DNA of 38,541 nucleotides from a virus. Taxonomy: Duplodnaviria > Caudoviricetes. The position numbers and the translations under genes are program-made. Every line of letters begins with the position of its first letter. The stretch's first letter is position 1. A model generated the notes under the pieces. The model was not told where the DNA came from, searched no databases, and saw only the letters and a list, made by a program, of their open reading frames with translations. The DNA lies in the IMG/VR virus record IMGVR_UViG_3300044648_000344, positions 1 through 38,541 of that record; one strand, given 5' to 3'. Positions 19,056 to 28,571 of this stretch are shown in pieces.

Positions 19056-20232
19056 AAGTAACCGTATTTAAATTTGGAATGTAACCATCTGTAAATGTGA
19101 AGGTGGATTTACTCACACCATCAACTGTGAAAGATACTGTCGTAAAAACTGCACCTGGAATAGCTGACACTATTATTCCGATCAACTTATTTGTATCGAG
19201 AATATCATTCTTATCGCTAAGAATATCAGCTCCGGACACAAATGGCCTAATTTCAGATATTGCGGCTGTGAACGCTGAGAGAAGTAATGTTTTTTGAGCG
19301 GCTGTAACACCAGTAAATCCAGTTATTGTAATCCCAATTTCCTTAACTGTAATTGGAAGAAAGTTTACTACAACCTGTAAAGGCCTGCGACCTCTTTCAT
19401 TTAATGCGAGAGTCGTATCCGGATTAAACTCCACAACATCTTCAACATCATCCAAAATTGACTGTGATGGTGTGCCTTTTCCATCAGTAGAATCGGCAAT
19501 CGTGGCTTCAACATAAAGATCAATCTCACATGGTGAGCCGCTTTTAGCATAGGGATATACCTGCTCAACACCCTGAGCATCTTGTGACCATAACCTATAG
19601 TCCGTTGCAGCACCTCCCTGAGGTTCCATTCTGTAGGAATTAAGTACCTCCTCTCGGTATTCCTCAGTGTCCTCAGCTGCTAAAGGTTGAACCACTATAG
19701 CTGAAACATATACACTCGCAGGACCGCTATTAACTAAAGCTATAGGTGCCGTTGGACTTAATGTGTTAAGCACATCAAGTTTTGAATCAGTACCTGGTGT
19801 TAAGGCGCGGACTGTTATAGTATCGGTTGATCCTGCAAGAGTGTGAGAACTGTCAAGAATAAATAAATAGCCGGGGCTCGCAGAAGTATCATCACTTTTA
19901 AATAAGGTCTGACCAGGTATAGTTGCACCCAGTGTTCCAGTTACAGTTAATGTATATTGACCGGCAACTGCAGCAAACGGGTTTCTTCCAATCTTAACGC
20001 GACCAAACCTTTCCAATGTTCCACCCATGCTCTCTGGTTCTGCAGTATCCACAAAAATGTTTTTCTGTAAGTTGGCAATGGCTAAATAATAGAGCTTTAA
20101 TTTCGCAGCCTGAACACTGGCCGTAGCCCTAAGAAATACTTTACCGATAAGAGAAATGGATACTCCCATTTCCGCTTCCAGATCAGCTTTTATTGAGGTG
20201 TATAAATCGTTAAGTGTTGGAATGGTTATCAT
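19048..20232 (-). CDS. baseplate J / Mu gp47 protein
   Basis: IFVDTAE, EDTEEYRE, PQGGAATDYRLW. Confidence 0.9.
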   Translation of the reverse strand: MITIPTLNDLYTSIKADLEAEMGVSISLIGKVFLRATASVQAAKLKLYYLAIANLQKNIFVDTAEPESMGGTLERFGRVKIGRNPFAAVAGQYTLTVTGTLGATIPGQTLFKSDDTSASPGYLFILDSSHTLAGSTDTITVRALTPGTDSKLDVLNTLSPTAPIALVNSGPASVYVSAIVVQPLAAEDTEEYREEVLNSYRMEPQGGAATDYRLWSQDAQGVEQVYPYAKSGSPCEIDLYVEATIADSTDGKGTPSQSILDDVEDVVEFNPDTTLALNERGRRPLQVVVNFLPITVKEIGITITGFTGVTAAQKTLLLSAFTAAISEIRPFVSGADILSDKNDILDTNKLIGIIVSAIPGAVFTTVSFTVDGVSKSTFTFTDGYIPNLNTVTYV

Positions 20233-20717
20233 AGGTAAAAATCATTATTGAAGTCTGCGATAAAGAAGTCACCGTCTGCTTTCTTTTTAAAATTGATGAT
20301 GATTATTTTCTCACCCTTCGCCTCAAAGACGACGCGGATGCTTACATTAATTCGATCAGTTGCCACAATGGAAACCTTAACCTCAACAGTTGCTCCAAAA
20401 TCTTCAAGAAATTCAAGATCTTTTTTTATTGCATTCTCAATTGTTACACGACCGGCACTGGTAAGTGGAGTGTTGTTTAACGTTCGCTCGGTTTCCGAAT
20501 TGAATTGAGCAGATGGTGTATCACGAAATAATAAGCGATTTCCCCACCAATCAAAAGACTGAACGGGAACCTCTGCTTCCGTGGATTGTTCCACGTTACC
20601 ACCGAACATGGCCAAATAGATCATGTTCTCTAAACCAAATACCAAAGCAAGATCACTGCCCTTTATTTGAACATCCCCACCATTTAAGGTTTCTATGACA
20701 GCTACATCGAAACTCAT
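20229..20717 (-). CDS. Mu gp46-like baseplate protein
   Basis: GLENMIYLAMFG, DWWGN, AIKKDLEFL. Confidence 0.75.
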   Translation of the reverse strand: MSFDVAVIETLNGGDVQIKGSDLALVFGLENMIYLAMFGGNVEQSTEAEVPVQSFDWWGNRLLFRDTPSAQFNSETERTLNNTPLTSAGRVTIENAIKKDLEFLEDFGATVEVKVSIVATDRINVSIRVVFEAKGEKIIIINFKKKADGDFFIADFNNDFYL

Positions 20718-22654
20718 CTGTGCATTGTTGATCCTCCTGTGGAAGGAATAACACTCACCTGTTTTTTATCTCCTTTAACTTCGGTAACGGATCCTGGAGG
20801 AGTGTTAACGGTGATCTCAGCTTTCGCTTTATTATCCATCCACTTCGGATTAAATAATTCTTTGTTTCCTGTTTGGGTGTACTCCAACTGATTTGCCATG
20901 TCAGCAGTTTTTGCACTATTACTTAATGCAGCAAGTCGAGCCTGTATGTCACTGTTTTTAGAGGCCAGTTCCATAATCTTATCTTTATCAGCTCCAAAAA
21001 CTCCCTTCGCTTTCTCCTGTTCAATGAGTAAATTGTTATCAGCTAGTCGCTTTTCAAATAGTTTTTTCTCTGCCATGGCCGCGCGCGCGACAGCCTGTTC
21101 ACGGCTTAATCCTTGCTCTTGATATTTTTTGGATAACTCGTTTACTCTTGTGATCTCATTGTTGAATGAATTTTGCTTTTCTTTCTGCACTCTTTTTTCT
21201 ACCTCATCCAATCCTTTAACTAAAGCATATACGCTGGCTACTAAAGTTCCAACAGCAAGAGCGGTAGCAACAAAAGGATTCATAGACATGGCAAAATTGA
21301 GTGCTCTCTGAGCAATAGTACTTGCTGTGGTTGCTGCTGTGTATGAACGCATCGCTGCAGAGTTTCCTTGTATTGCAAATAGTAAAGTCCCAGATCTGCT
21401 AGCTGCTAAACCAGCTGCTATATTCCAAGCAGTAAGTGCAACTTTGCTACCTATAATTAATGCCTTCCATGCTGTAAAAACTACAATAACATCAAGACCT
21501 ACTGACACTATTGTATCAAGATTATCAGTAACAAACGCAAGAGCTTTCTTTACTTTTACCATACCTGCAGCTGCTTTATCGCTTCCGGTTAACATGTTAA
21601 TCCACGCAGCCTTTAACTCATTGAGTTTTTCTTCCAACGTATCAGATCTGGTTGCAGCGGCTTTCTGCGCTTCGCTTGTACCTGTAACGCTATCAGTAAA
21701 TTTTTTGAAGGTCTCAATGTTGCTTAAGAGAATCTTACCAGTAGCGATGTTTTCGGCTCCGAACATTTTTAAGATCGCAGCATCTTTTTCTTTCGCGGTT
21801 TTTAGCTTGTCAATTTTTGCCCGGGCTTCCTCCAAAGCATCATTGATCTGGAACTGCCCAGACTTATATCCGACACCAGCCTGTTGAAGCTTAAGAACAG
21901 ATCCTCTTAGTTTTGTTCCGGCCTCTGCCCCGAAGACTGAAAACTTACCCAGTGTTTGAACTAAACCTACCGATTGTTCAAGAGTAATGTTAGCGCCTTT
22001 AGCAACTGAACCGAAATTCACGAAAGCTTCAGATGTCTGAACAATAGATGAGGCACCGACATTGGCACCAGCTGCGAGTACATTAATGGTACGATCAGCC
22101 TGATCAGCCGCGAAATTGAATTGGTTCATTATACCAATTAGGCTTTCAGCTGATGGTCCCAATTCATCACCGGATGCTTTGGATAAAGTGATCACTGCTT
22201 TCGTTACGGACCCAATTGCCTGTGGAGTTTTAGCAAAGTCAGCATTCAATCCTGCAATTTTCTCAAAGGCCTCAGCGGTATCGATTGAAGATTTCTTTGT
22301 ATCCTTAGCCACCTGGTTGATCATTTGCTGGAAAGGAGCGAACTCCTTATCCGTTCCTCCAACAATGGTCCTGAAGGAGGCTACTGCTTTCTCATATTCC
22401 ATTATGGATTTGGCTGAGAAGGTAGCACCTCCAATAACAGCAGTTGCCACAGCTGCAGCACTTGCCATTCCCAATAATTGCTTCTGAGTTTCGGATACTG
22501 CTGGTGTGAGTTTTTTAAACCAGCGCTCCTGCCTTGCAATACCTGAAGATGATACACCAATAAAGTTGTTCATGCTCGCGGTCATTTTTCTGACCGGAGC
22601 AGTTAACTTATCTACTGCTGTGAAGATACTTGGTATGACAAATTGTGCAGCCAC
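20714..22654 (-). CDS. tape measure protein
   Basis: FTAVDKLTAP N-terminus, GAEAGTKLRG motif, Ala-rich helices; GTG start. Confidence 0.92.
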   Translation of the reverse strand: MAAQFVIPSIFTAVDKLTAPVRKMTASMNNFIGVSSSGIARQERWFKKLTPAVSETQKQLLGMASAAAVATAVIGGATFSAKSIMEYEKAVASFRTIVGGTDKEFAPFQQMINQVAKDTKKSSIDTAEAFEKIAGLNADFAKTPQAIGSVTKAVITLSKASGDELGPSAESLIGIMNQFNFAADQADRTINVLAAGANVGASSIVQTSEAFVNFGSVAKGANITLEQSVGLVQTLGKFSVFGAEAGTKLRGSVLKLQQAGVGYKSGQFQINDALEEARAKIDKLKTAKEKDAAILKMFGAENIATGKILLSNIETFKKFTDSVTGTSEAQKAAATRSDTLEEKLNELKAAWINMLTGSDKAAAGMVKVKKALAFVTDNLDTIVSVGLDVIVVFTAWKALIIGSKVALTAWNIAAGLAASRSGTLLFAIQGNSAAMRSYTAATTASTIAQRALNFAMSMNPFVATALAVGTLVASVYALVKGLDEVEKRVQKEKQNSFNNEITRVNELSKKYQEQGLSREQAVARAAMAEKKLFEKRLADNNLLIEQEKAKGVFGADKDKIMELASKNSDIQARLAALSNSAKTADMANQLEYTQTGNKELFNPKWMDNKAKAEITVNTPPGSVTEVKGDKKQVSVIPSTGGSTMHR

Positions 22655-22655
22655 T

Positions 22656-22793
22656 TTATTTTTTAGGTGGGGTGTTTATCTCTCTCACATCATCGTACCA
22701 ATACTCCAACCCCTTGTAGTCTTGATCATCAATAAAAAAGCCGCCTATAACTTCTGGCGGCCAATGAAATTCCCTGACAACACTCTTAATCAT
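22656..22793 (-). CDS. tail chaperone extension (P2 gpE'-like), reached by -1 frameshift
   Basis: MIKSVVREFHWPPEVIGG...; open in the -1 frame back to the T8 run at 22820-22827. Confidence 0.7.
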   Translation of the reverse strand: MIKSVVREFHWPPEVIGGFFIDDQDYKGLEYWYDDVREINTPPKK

Positions 22794-22813
22794 GTTGTCG
22801 ATACTGGTTTGAT

Positions 22814-23215
22814 TTACATAAAAAAAATTGCCACCTTCTTTACCATGTTATAATCCTCAGTATCGAGGGCTTTAATTACATTTTTAGGCTGGCCGGTCAA
22901 AACAGATCCATAAGCAGTGATCATTCCGTAGATATCATCTGACTTAACGCCAGACATCGCTGCCTGAATTTGAGCTGCACTGATTCGAGGTGAAAATAAA
23001 AGTTCAGTTGTGCTCACATCACCCTTTATTGGAAATAAAAGTTTGTACTTTATTACTTTTGAATCAGCCTCTATAACAAAGGCACCTTCCTCAACAGCAT
23101 CAGTTAATTCATTGATGGCTTCCTTCTTTTCATCCCTGCGTTTTTCCTTAACGTTTTTGAAATCCAACCAAGCTGCAATTTCCTTTTCCGCGATATCTCT
23201 AGATACTGCTCCCAT
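22814..23215 (-). CDS. tail assembly chaperone
   Basis: Between tube and tape measure genes; ends LDTEDYNMVKKVAIFFM. Confidence 0.8.
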   Translation of the reverse strand: MGAVSRDIAEKEIAAWLDFKNVKEKRRDEKKEAINELTDAVEEGAFVIEADSKVIKYKLLFPIKGDVSTTELLFSPRISAAQIQAAMSGVKSDDIYGMITAYGSVLTGQPKNVIKALDTEDYNMVKKVAIFFM

Positions 23216-23216
23216 A

Positions 23217-23627
23217 TTATCCTACAATTTTTTTAAGATCGTTACTGCCTGCAATTTTCAAATTGAATGTAGCGGTGTTAGCATTCCCCTGGATATCTCC
23301 AACAGGAGAGCCGGTACCTTTCCACACAGTCCCATTAATGTGAGAGATGGTGAATGTGGCCTCAACAGGATCACCTGCTAAATCACGCATCTGTTTCACC
23401 TCATCAGCTGAGTTCATATCCCACGACATGGTGCCTTCAAAGGACCAGCGAACACGATTTAATTGTCTGATGGATTGACCACCGGTTGTGATCATGTTAG
23501 CATCATCGTTGCCTCGGATACCACCCTCATCAAAGGTTGAATCCTCATTTGATTTAGGTTTAAGGACACCACTTCCTTTTGTTGGATGGTTCCAGGTTAT
23601 CTCGGTAATATCTCCACCTACTGGCAT
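23217..23627 (-). CDS. tail tube protein
   Basis: 136-aa beta-rich protein immediately after the sheath gene. Confidence 0.8.
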   Translation of the reverse strand: MPVGGDITEITWNHPTKGSGVLKPKSNEDSTFDEGGIRGNDDANMITTGGQSIRQLNRVRWSFEGTMSWDMNSADEVKQMRDLAGDPVEATFTISHINGTVWKGTGSPVGDIQGNANTATFNLKIAGSNDLKKIVG

Positions 23628-23641
23628 GTTTTATAATTTTT

Positions 23642-25162
23642 TTAGTTTAATGTTCCGAAATTAAAGCCGGCTTCTGCGGTCGTACTTGAAATCCTCGCCA
23701 CTCCGCTGCGCTTGTACCTGAAGAATGTTTCCAACCTGTCAGGGTTTGATGTTCCAATTCCAACTTCAAGAGAATCCTGCATGAACTCAGGCTGTACAAT
23801 GATCGCCCTGTTAGCAAGATCATCTGCATACTGAGACAGTATTGCAATCCACTGTTTTGGTTTAATCACATTGGTTGCTGATACCGTATCATCATTAGAC
23901 GCAATCACATGATCAACCACGTTTGTTTGTTCAAGTAGGTAGTAGCCATAGCGAACATTCAAATCGATGTTGTATAGATTACGTACATAGCGATACTGAG
24001 GTGGATTCTCTCCAAGCTTATGATAAGTTGTTACGAAATCCTGAACAACATACTGCCCACCTACAAGGTCAACAGTTGAACATCCTTTTTTCACAAACTC
24101 ATCGCGGTTATCATAGTCAGCCATAGAACCGATATCTGTCGGTGTTGGCATGTCAGGATATGCACGACCAATGACATCAAGATGCGGAGTATTCTGTGCG
24201 TTCACAGCTTGTAACACTGTCATGTTAGCGGCTGCTTCCATTGGCAATCCATCAGACTCCGGTGCCGGAGCGATAGCAATGGTAACATTATTTAAGCGCG
24301 CATCAGTAATCGATGTTGGGTCATCAGCTGTTGAGCCGGTAATTGCAACAAAAGGTTTCATCACAATACCTGTGAAACGACCGGTTGGATTTGTTGGATC
24401 GGGAATACCATTGAAATTTTCAAGAGCACTCATGATTGTAGAGACAGTTCCATAACTGTTCACTACAATAGTAACCCATTCATTTCCGATCGCATTAAGA
24501 GCTGCAGAAATTGAAGGAGTGCCAGATCCAGACTGAATGCTATTAACTGTATACGTTATACCAAGTGCGTTATCACCAGTATCTATTTCAACAGAAATGT
24601 CATTTGCGGTTAAGCCTTTCCACTTACTGGTAAGAACTGCTTCGTAATCATAATCAACTGCGCTCACAGGTGAACCAAGGATGTTGTTTACAGCATCTGT
24701 AATTTTCGCGGTAATGTCAGCAGTAGTATCACCTTCCAAGATGTTAATAGCATAGAAGTCACCATCCATACCATCGCGGCCAGCTACTTTCACATAGTGT
24801 GTACCATTTCCTGTAGCGGTTCCTGATGGAACAACAGTTAAAACTTTTGCAGTGGCTCCAACAGCTGCTTCCTGGACTGAGTAAATCACAGGGATTCCAC
24901 CAACGCCATCACTCTGTTTTGGGTGCAGGATACGTGCAATTAAATAAGCCGGTGAACCATATCCATAAGCGTCACCAACTTCTTGGGCGCTTGTATATTG
25001 GGTTGGATCTGTATCTAAAGTGGCTTGATTTGCCGTGTTCGCTTCACATAAAACAAGGATACGCTGTGGAAGGTTAGGGGTTACTGTTTGGAAATTGCCC
25101 TTTGTGAGTTTATAACCTACAACACGGGAAATTCTTTCTAAACCTACTGCATCTGATGACAT
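23642..25162 (-). CDS. tail sheath protein (Mu gpL-like)
   Basis: YGYGSPAY, VLTSKWKGLTANDI, DFVTTYH, NPDRLE. Confidence 0.88.
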   Translation of the reverse strand: MSSDAVGLERISRVVGYKLTKGNFQTVTPNLPQRILVLCEANTANQATLDTDPTQYTSAQEVGDAYGYGSPAYLIARILHPKQSDGVGGIPVIYSVQEAAVGATAKVLTVVPSGTATGNGTHYVKVAGRDGMDGDFYAINILEGDTTADITAKITDAVNNILGSPVSAVDYDYEAVLTSKWKGLTANDISVEIDTGDNALGITYTVNSIQSGSGTPSISAALNAIGNEWVTIVVNSYGTVSTIMSALENFNGIPDPTNPTGRFTGIVMKPFVAITGSTADDPTSITDARLNNVTIAIAPAPESDGLPMEAAANMTVLQAVNAQNTPHLDVIGRAYPDMPTPTDIGSMADYDNRDEFVKKGCSTVDLVGGQYVVQDFVTTYHKLGENPPQYRYVRNLYNIDLNVRYGYYLLEQTNVVDHVIASNDDTVSATNVIKPKQWIAILSQYADDLANRAIIVQPEFMQDSLEVGIGTSNPDRLETFFRYKRSGVARISSTTAEAGFNFGTLN

Positions 25163-25176
25163 GAAATATTTTTTTG

Positions 25177-25229
25177 TAAAAATAGATTTGAGTTATTCCG
25201 ACATAAAAAAAGTTCCGTTGATAACGGAA
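25177..25229 (-). promoter_or_regulatory. late promoter of the tail operon plus palindrome (motif A, copy 2)
   Basis: TATTTTTA box (25177-25184, minus strand) and TTCCGTT-GAT-AACGGAA (25213-25229); same 36-bp offset as copy 1. Confidence 0.7.
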
Positions 25230-25234
25230 TAAAA

Positions 25235-25265
25235 TTTAAGAAGCTTAACACAGTACATATGTTTG
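25235..25265 (+). promoter_or_regulatory. promoter of the glycosyltransferase operon
   Basis: TATGTTTG -7 box at 25258-25265, TTTA at 25235-25238 (19-nt spacer). Confidence 0.55.
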
Positions 25266-25382
25266 TTTCGCTATATCACTTAACATGGTATTTAAGAAAT
25301 CCCACAGCCTTACATTGTCCTCACGAATCAGTCATGAGTTCGGGTGGTATAGCCTTTGTTTGGTTGTGGGTACTTTTTTTAT

Positions 25383-26063
25383 ATGCGGGTAGGTGTCATT
25401 ATTCCTTCGCGTGGTGACCGGCCACAACTTTTGGACAATTGCCTACGCATGTTGAAAAATCAAACCGTCCAACCAGAAATTATAGAACTTGTAAATCATC
25501 TTCCGGAAAGTAAAGAATGTGATATCACCAAAAGATACCGCGAAGGATATGATCGGTTGAGAAATAAAGCTATTGATGTGATCGCGTTGATGGAGGACGA
25601 TGATTATTACTCACCTCAGTATTTGGAATCAATGCTGGGTGTGTGGGAAAAAAAGAAACGTCCTGATCTTTTAGGTACTGATTACACTATATACTACCAC
25701 ATAAAGTTGTTCTCTTATTTTATAATGCACCACATGGAGCGGGCCAGTGCCATGAACACCCTTATTAAACCCGACCTGAATTTCGAATGGTGTCCTGATA
25801 ACGAACCTTACACAGATTTGCATTTATGGGATCTGGTGTCAAAAGGCAAATTGAATGGAGTGGTTTTTCACCCGACTAAACACTATTCAATTGGAATAAA
25901 GCATGGTGTTGGTATGTGCGGAGGAAGATCACATACCGACCGATTGCACCGGTATCAAGGAAATCACAGTACTCAGGATTACAGTAAGGACTTTCTCAGA
26001 GAACATATGGATGCTGAGAGTTTTAATTTCTATTCAAATTATTTTAAAAATGAAGCCAAATAA
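25383..26063 (+). CDS. GT-A (GT2-like) glycosyltransferase
   Basis: VGVIIPSRGDR, ALMEDDDYY. Confidence 0.8.
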   Translation: MRVGVIIPSRGDRPQLLDNCLRMLKNQTVQPEIIELVNHLPESKECDITKRYREGYDRLRNKAIDVIALMEDDDYYSPQYLESMLGVWEKKKRPDLLGTDYTIYYHIKLFSYFIMHHMERASAMNTLIKPDLNFEWCPDNEPYTDLHLWDLVSKGKLNGVVFHPTKHYSIGIKHGVGMCGGRSHTDRLHRYQGNHSTQDYSKDFLREHMDAESFNFYSNYFKNEAK

Positions 26064-26391
26064 AATAACTCCACAGGTTTATAAAACCTTAGTTGAAACT
26101 GCAGCGAAGTTGCCACCATTCCAACGAAAAGATAAAAATGGAAACCTCCTTTGGAGAGCTGCATCCAGATTCGTTAAAGGATCTGAGCTTACGCAAAAAG
26201 TTACAGCGGACGGTAAAGCAATTAAACCTGATGAAATGTATGTTCAACAAGGAAGACAGCCATTGTTAGTTAACCACCAGGTTAATTTAATTGAGGTCTA
26301 TATGAAGGATGGTCAGCCAGGAGTGGATGAATATGTGGACTTCTTTGCGAACATACATGAAGAAAGCAAAACTAAAAAAGAGAAAACATGA
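26050..26391 (+). CDS. hypothetical protein
   Basis: ATG at 26050 overlaps the upstream gene; ATGA-coupled to the downstream gene. Confidence 0.55.
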   Translation: MKPNKITPQVYKTLVETAAKLPPFQRKDKNGNLLWRAASRFVKGSELTQKVTADGKAIKPDEMYVQQGRQPLLVNHQVNLIEVYMKDGQPGVDEYVDFFANIHEESKTKKEKT

Positions 26392-27068
26392 TAATTACAC
26401 TTTTACACCCATCGAGAAGTCGGCCACAAAAGTCGCGTGAAACATATGAGTATTGGATGTCACAGACATCAGGAACGGTAGAAATTGAACACATCCTTTC
26501 GTTGGATTTTAGTGATCCTTTTAACGAAGATTATTCAATGGTTGAAAAAGAGGGAGAAAAAGAACATAAGCCGTTCGGTAAAAATTCACACACAATAATC
26601 GATCATAACGACTGTGTTGTGGAAGCGACAAATCAAGCTGCAAAATTGGCAAAAGGTGACATACTAATTTATCTTTCAGATGATTTTAAGTGTCCGAAGA
26701 ATTGGGATTTATTACTGGTCGAAAAGTTTAAAGATTTGAACCGGCCGGCGCTCATTAAAGTTGATGATTGTCTGCAGAAGTTCCACGTACCGGTTCTTAC
26801 AATTCCAATCATGAACTCCTTATTGTTTAAGAAACTTGGGTATTTCTGGCATCCTGGTTACAGATCAATGTTTGTGGATGAGGATTTGTTTTGGGTTTGT
26901 GAAACAAACGGATTTATGATCTATGCTCCGGACCTACAGTTTCCACACGAACATCCAGCAAATGGTAAGGCTCAAAGTGATGAAACTTACAAAAGAAGTT
27001 CAGCGAATTGGGATCAGGGTAAAGCGATGTTTGCTAAAAGAAAACAGGAAGGATTTAAACTACCATGA
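26388..27068 (+). CDS. GT-A (GT2-like) glycosyltransferase
   Basis: TLLHPSRSRP, ATNQAAKLAKGDILIYLSDDF, MFVDEDL. Confidence 0.8.
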   Translation: MIITLLHPSRSRPQKSRETYEYWMSQTSGTVEIEHILSLDFSDPFNEDYSMVEKEGEKEHKPFGKNSHTIIDHNDCVVEATNQAAKLAKGDILIYLSDDFKCPKNWDLLLVEKFKDLNRPALIKVDDCLQKFHVPVLTIPIMNSLLFKKLGYFWHPGYRSMFVDEDLFWVCETNGFMIYAPDLQFPHEHPANGKAQSDETYKRSSANWDQGKAMFAKRKQEGFKLP

Positions 27069-27646
27069 TTCTTTCAATACTCATACCGACATTGCCAGAC
27101 CGAGTTCATTTTTTTGCAGAACTGAGGGATTCAATTATCAACGATTGCCCACCTGAATTATTAGGGCAAATCGAAATAGTTAGTGATCATCGACCGCGCG
27201 CTGGGTTGGAAGGTGGAGTCACTACCGGTGTCAAGCGAAACGATATGTTGATGAAAGCGAAGAGTGAATATGTGTGGCAAGTTGATGATGATGATAAGCT
27301 ATTCCCATATGCGATATCTGAAGTGATAAATGCCTGTAAAACCGGTGCTGATGTAATCGGAATTAATGGTATCATGACAACCGATGGATTGAATGAACAA
27401 GGGTGGGAGATACGTTTGGGTCATGCTTACAAAGCAGAGATACGGGACGGAAGAGAATATTATTTCCGGTTTCCGAATCACATCACCCCTATGAAAAGAG
27501 AACACGCATTGAAAGTCAAATTCCCAAACAAAACAATATTTGAGGATTATGAATGGGCTTGTGCTCTTCGAGATCTAGGAGTTTTAAAAACACAAACCGT
27601 AATTGACAAACCAGTTTATCATTATAGAGTAAGATCAAAAAAATAA
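27065..27646 (+). CDS. GT2-family glycosyltransferase
   Basis: LSILIPT, KRNDMLMKAKSEYVWQVDDDD, FEDYEW. Confidence 0.85.
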   Translation: MILSILIPTLPDRVHFFAELRDSIINDCPPELLGQIEIVSDHRPRAGLEGGVTTGVKRNDMLMKAKSEYVWQVDDDDKLFPYAISEVINACKTGADVIGINGIMTTDGLNEQGWEIRLGHAYKAEIRDGREYYFRFPNHITPMKREHALKVKFPNKTIFEDYEWACALRDLGVLKTQTVIDKPVYHYRVRSKK

Positions 27647-27650
27647 ACAT

Positions 27651-28262
27651 ATGTATTCACAAGGTAAAGAAGAGGAAGTTATTGTAAAATTCTTCAACGG
27701 GAGAAATGGAACTCTCCTTAGTATTGGAGAGAATGATGGAAAAACATTTTCAAATTCTCTGCGATTGATTGAATTAGGATGGGATGCTGTTCTGGTAGAA
27801 CCTTCACCTGTTGCTTTTCAAAAGATGTTCGATCTGCACAAGGACAATAAAAAAGTGTGCATGGCCAGGGTTGCTATAGGAATTGTTAATGGTAAAGGTG
27901 TTCTTCACGAATCAGGACATCATCTCCCGAATCAATCTGATGTGGCATTACTAAGTTCATTAAAGAAGGAAGAAACCGTTAAGTGGAAGCGAGTGGACTT
28001 CAAAGAGCAGGATGTGGACGTTTTAGATTTCAAGACATTCCAAACCCTAGTGCCTAAAAAGAATTATGATTTCATAACCATTGACGCAGAGGGAATGGAT
28101 ATCGAGATCCTTAAGCAAATCAACTTATCAAAAACGCATCTTCTTTGTATAGAGTATAATGAAAATGTGCAGGCGAAGGATGAAATAATAAAGTATTGCG
28201 CAGAGTTCGGAATGTGTAATCTTCTTTATCAATCCGGAGAAAATTTGATAATAAGCAGATGA
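27651..28262 (+). CDS. FkbM-family methyltransferase
   Basis: LSIGENDG...NS, VLVEP, ITIDAEGMDIEIL, LCIEYN. Confidence 0.88.
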   Translation: MYSQGKEEEVIVKFFNGRNGTLLSIGENDGKTFSNSLRLIELGWDAVLVEPSPVAFQKMFDLHKDNKKVCMARVAIGIVNGKGVLHESGHHLPNQSDVALLSSLKKEETVKWKRVDFKEQDVDVLDFKTFQTLVPKKNYDFITIDAEGMDIEILKQINLSKTHLLCIEYNENVQAKDEIIKYCAEFGMCNLLYQSGENLIISR

Positions 28263-28465
28263 AGCGGATACTAAAAGGTATTGAGGTTAATAAGATCTTT
28301 AAAGTAATTGATAGCTGTTATACCAGTGAGCACTTACACACTACTTGGTTATGGATTATTGGAATGAACTTAGATCAGAATCAGACATTCAATGCGCTTA
28401 GCTTTTTAAAACACATCGAAAACAGAGAACGTAAATTAAAACTATATGAAACGACCATACTTTGA
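28259..28465 (+). CDS. small hypothetical protein
   Basis: 68 aa, ATGA-coupled. Confidence 0.5.
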   Translation: MKRILKGIEVNKIFKVIDSCYTSEHLHTTWLWIIGMNLDQNQTFNALSFLKHIENRERKLKLYETTIL

Positions 28466-28571
28466 CAACTGGCAAAGAGGACTTATAAAGTCCAATACCC
28501 TCACCGGAGCACTAGTGCTACTGAAGCTAAAGAAAGAAATCTTATTAAGAAACATATCAAGACTATTCTAA
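28446..28571 (+). CDS. small hypothetical protein (41 aa)
   Basis: MKRPYFDNWQRG...; TAATG-coupled to the next gene. Confidence 0.4.
   Translation: MKRPYFDNWQRGLIKSNTLTGALVLLKLKKEILLRNISRLF

Noticed and set aside
22740-22761. GCCGCC/GGCGGC hairpin as frameshift stimulator
   Set aside because: About 58 nt downstream of the slippery site, too far for a typical stimulator
13841-25162. Mu-like transposable phage
   Set aside because: Only the tail is Mu-like; packaging is lambda gpA-type and integration uses a tyrosine integrase; no transposase seen
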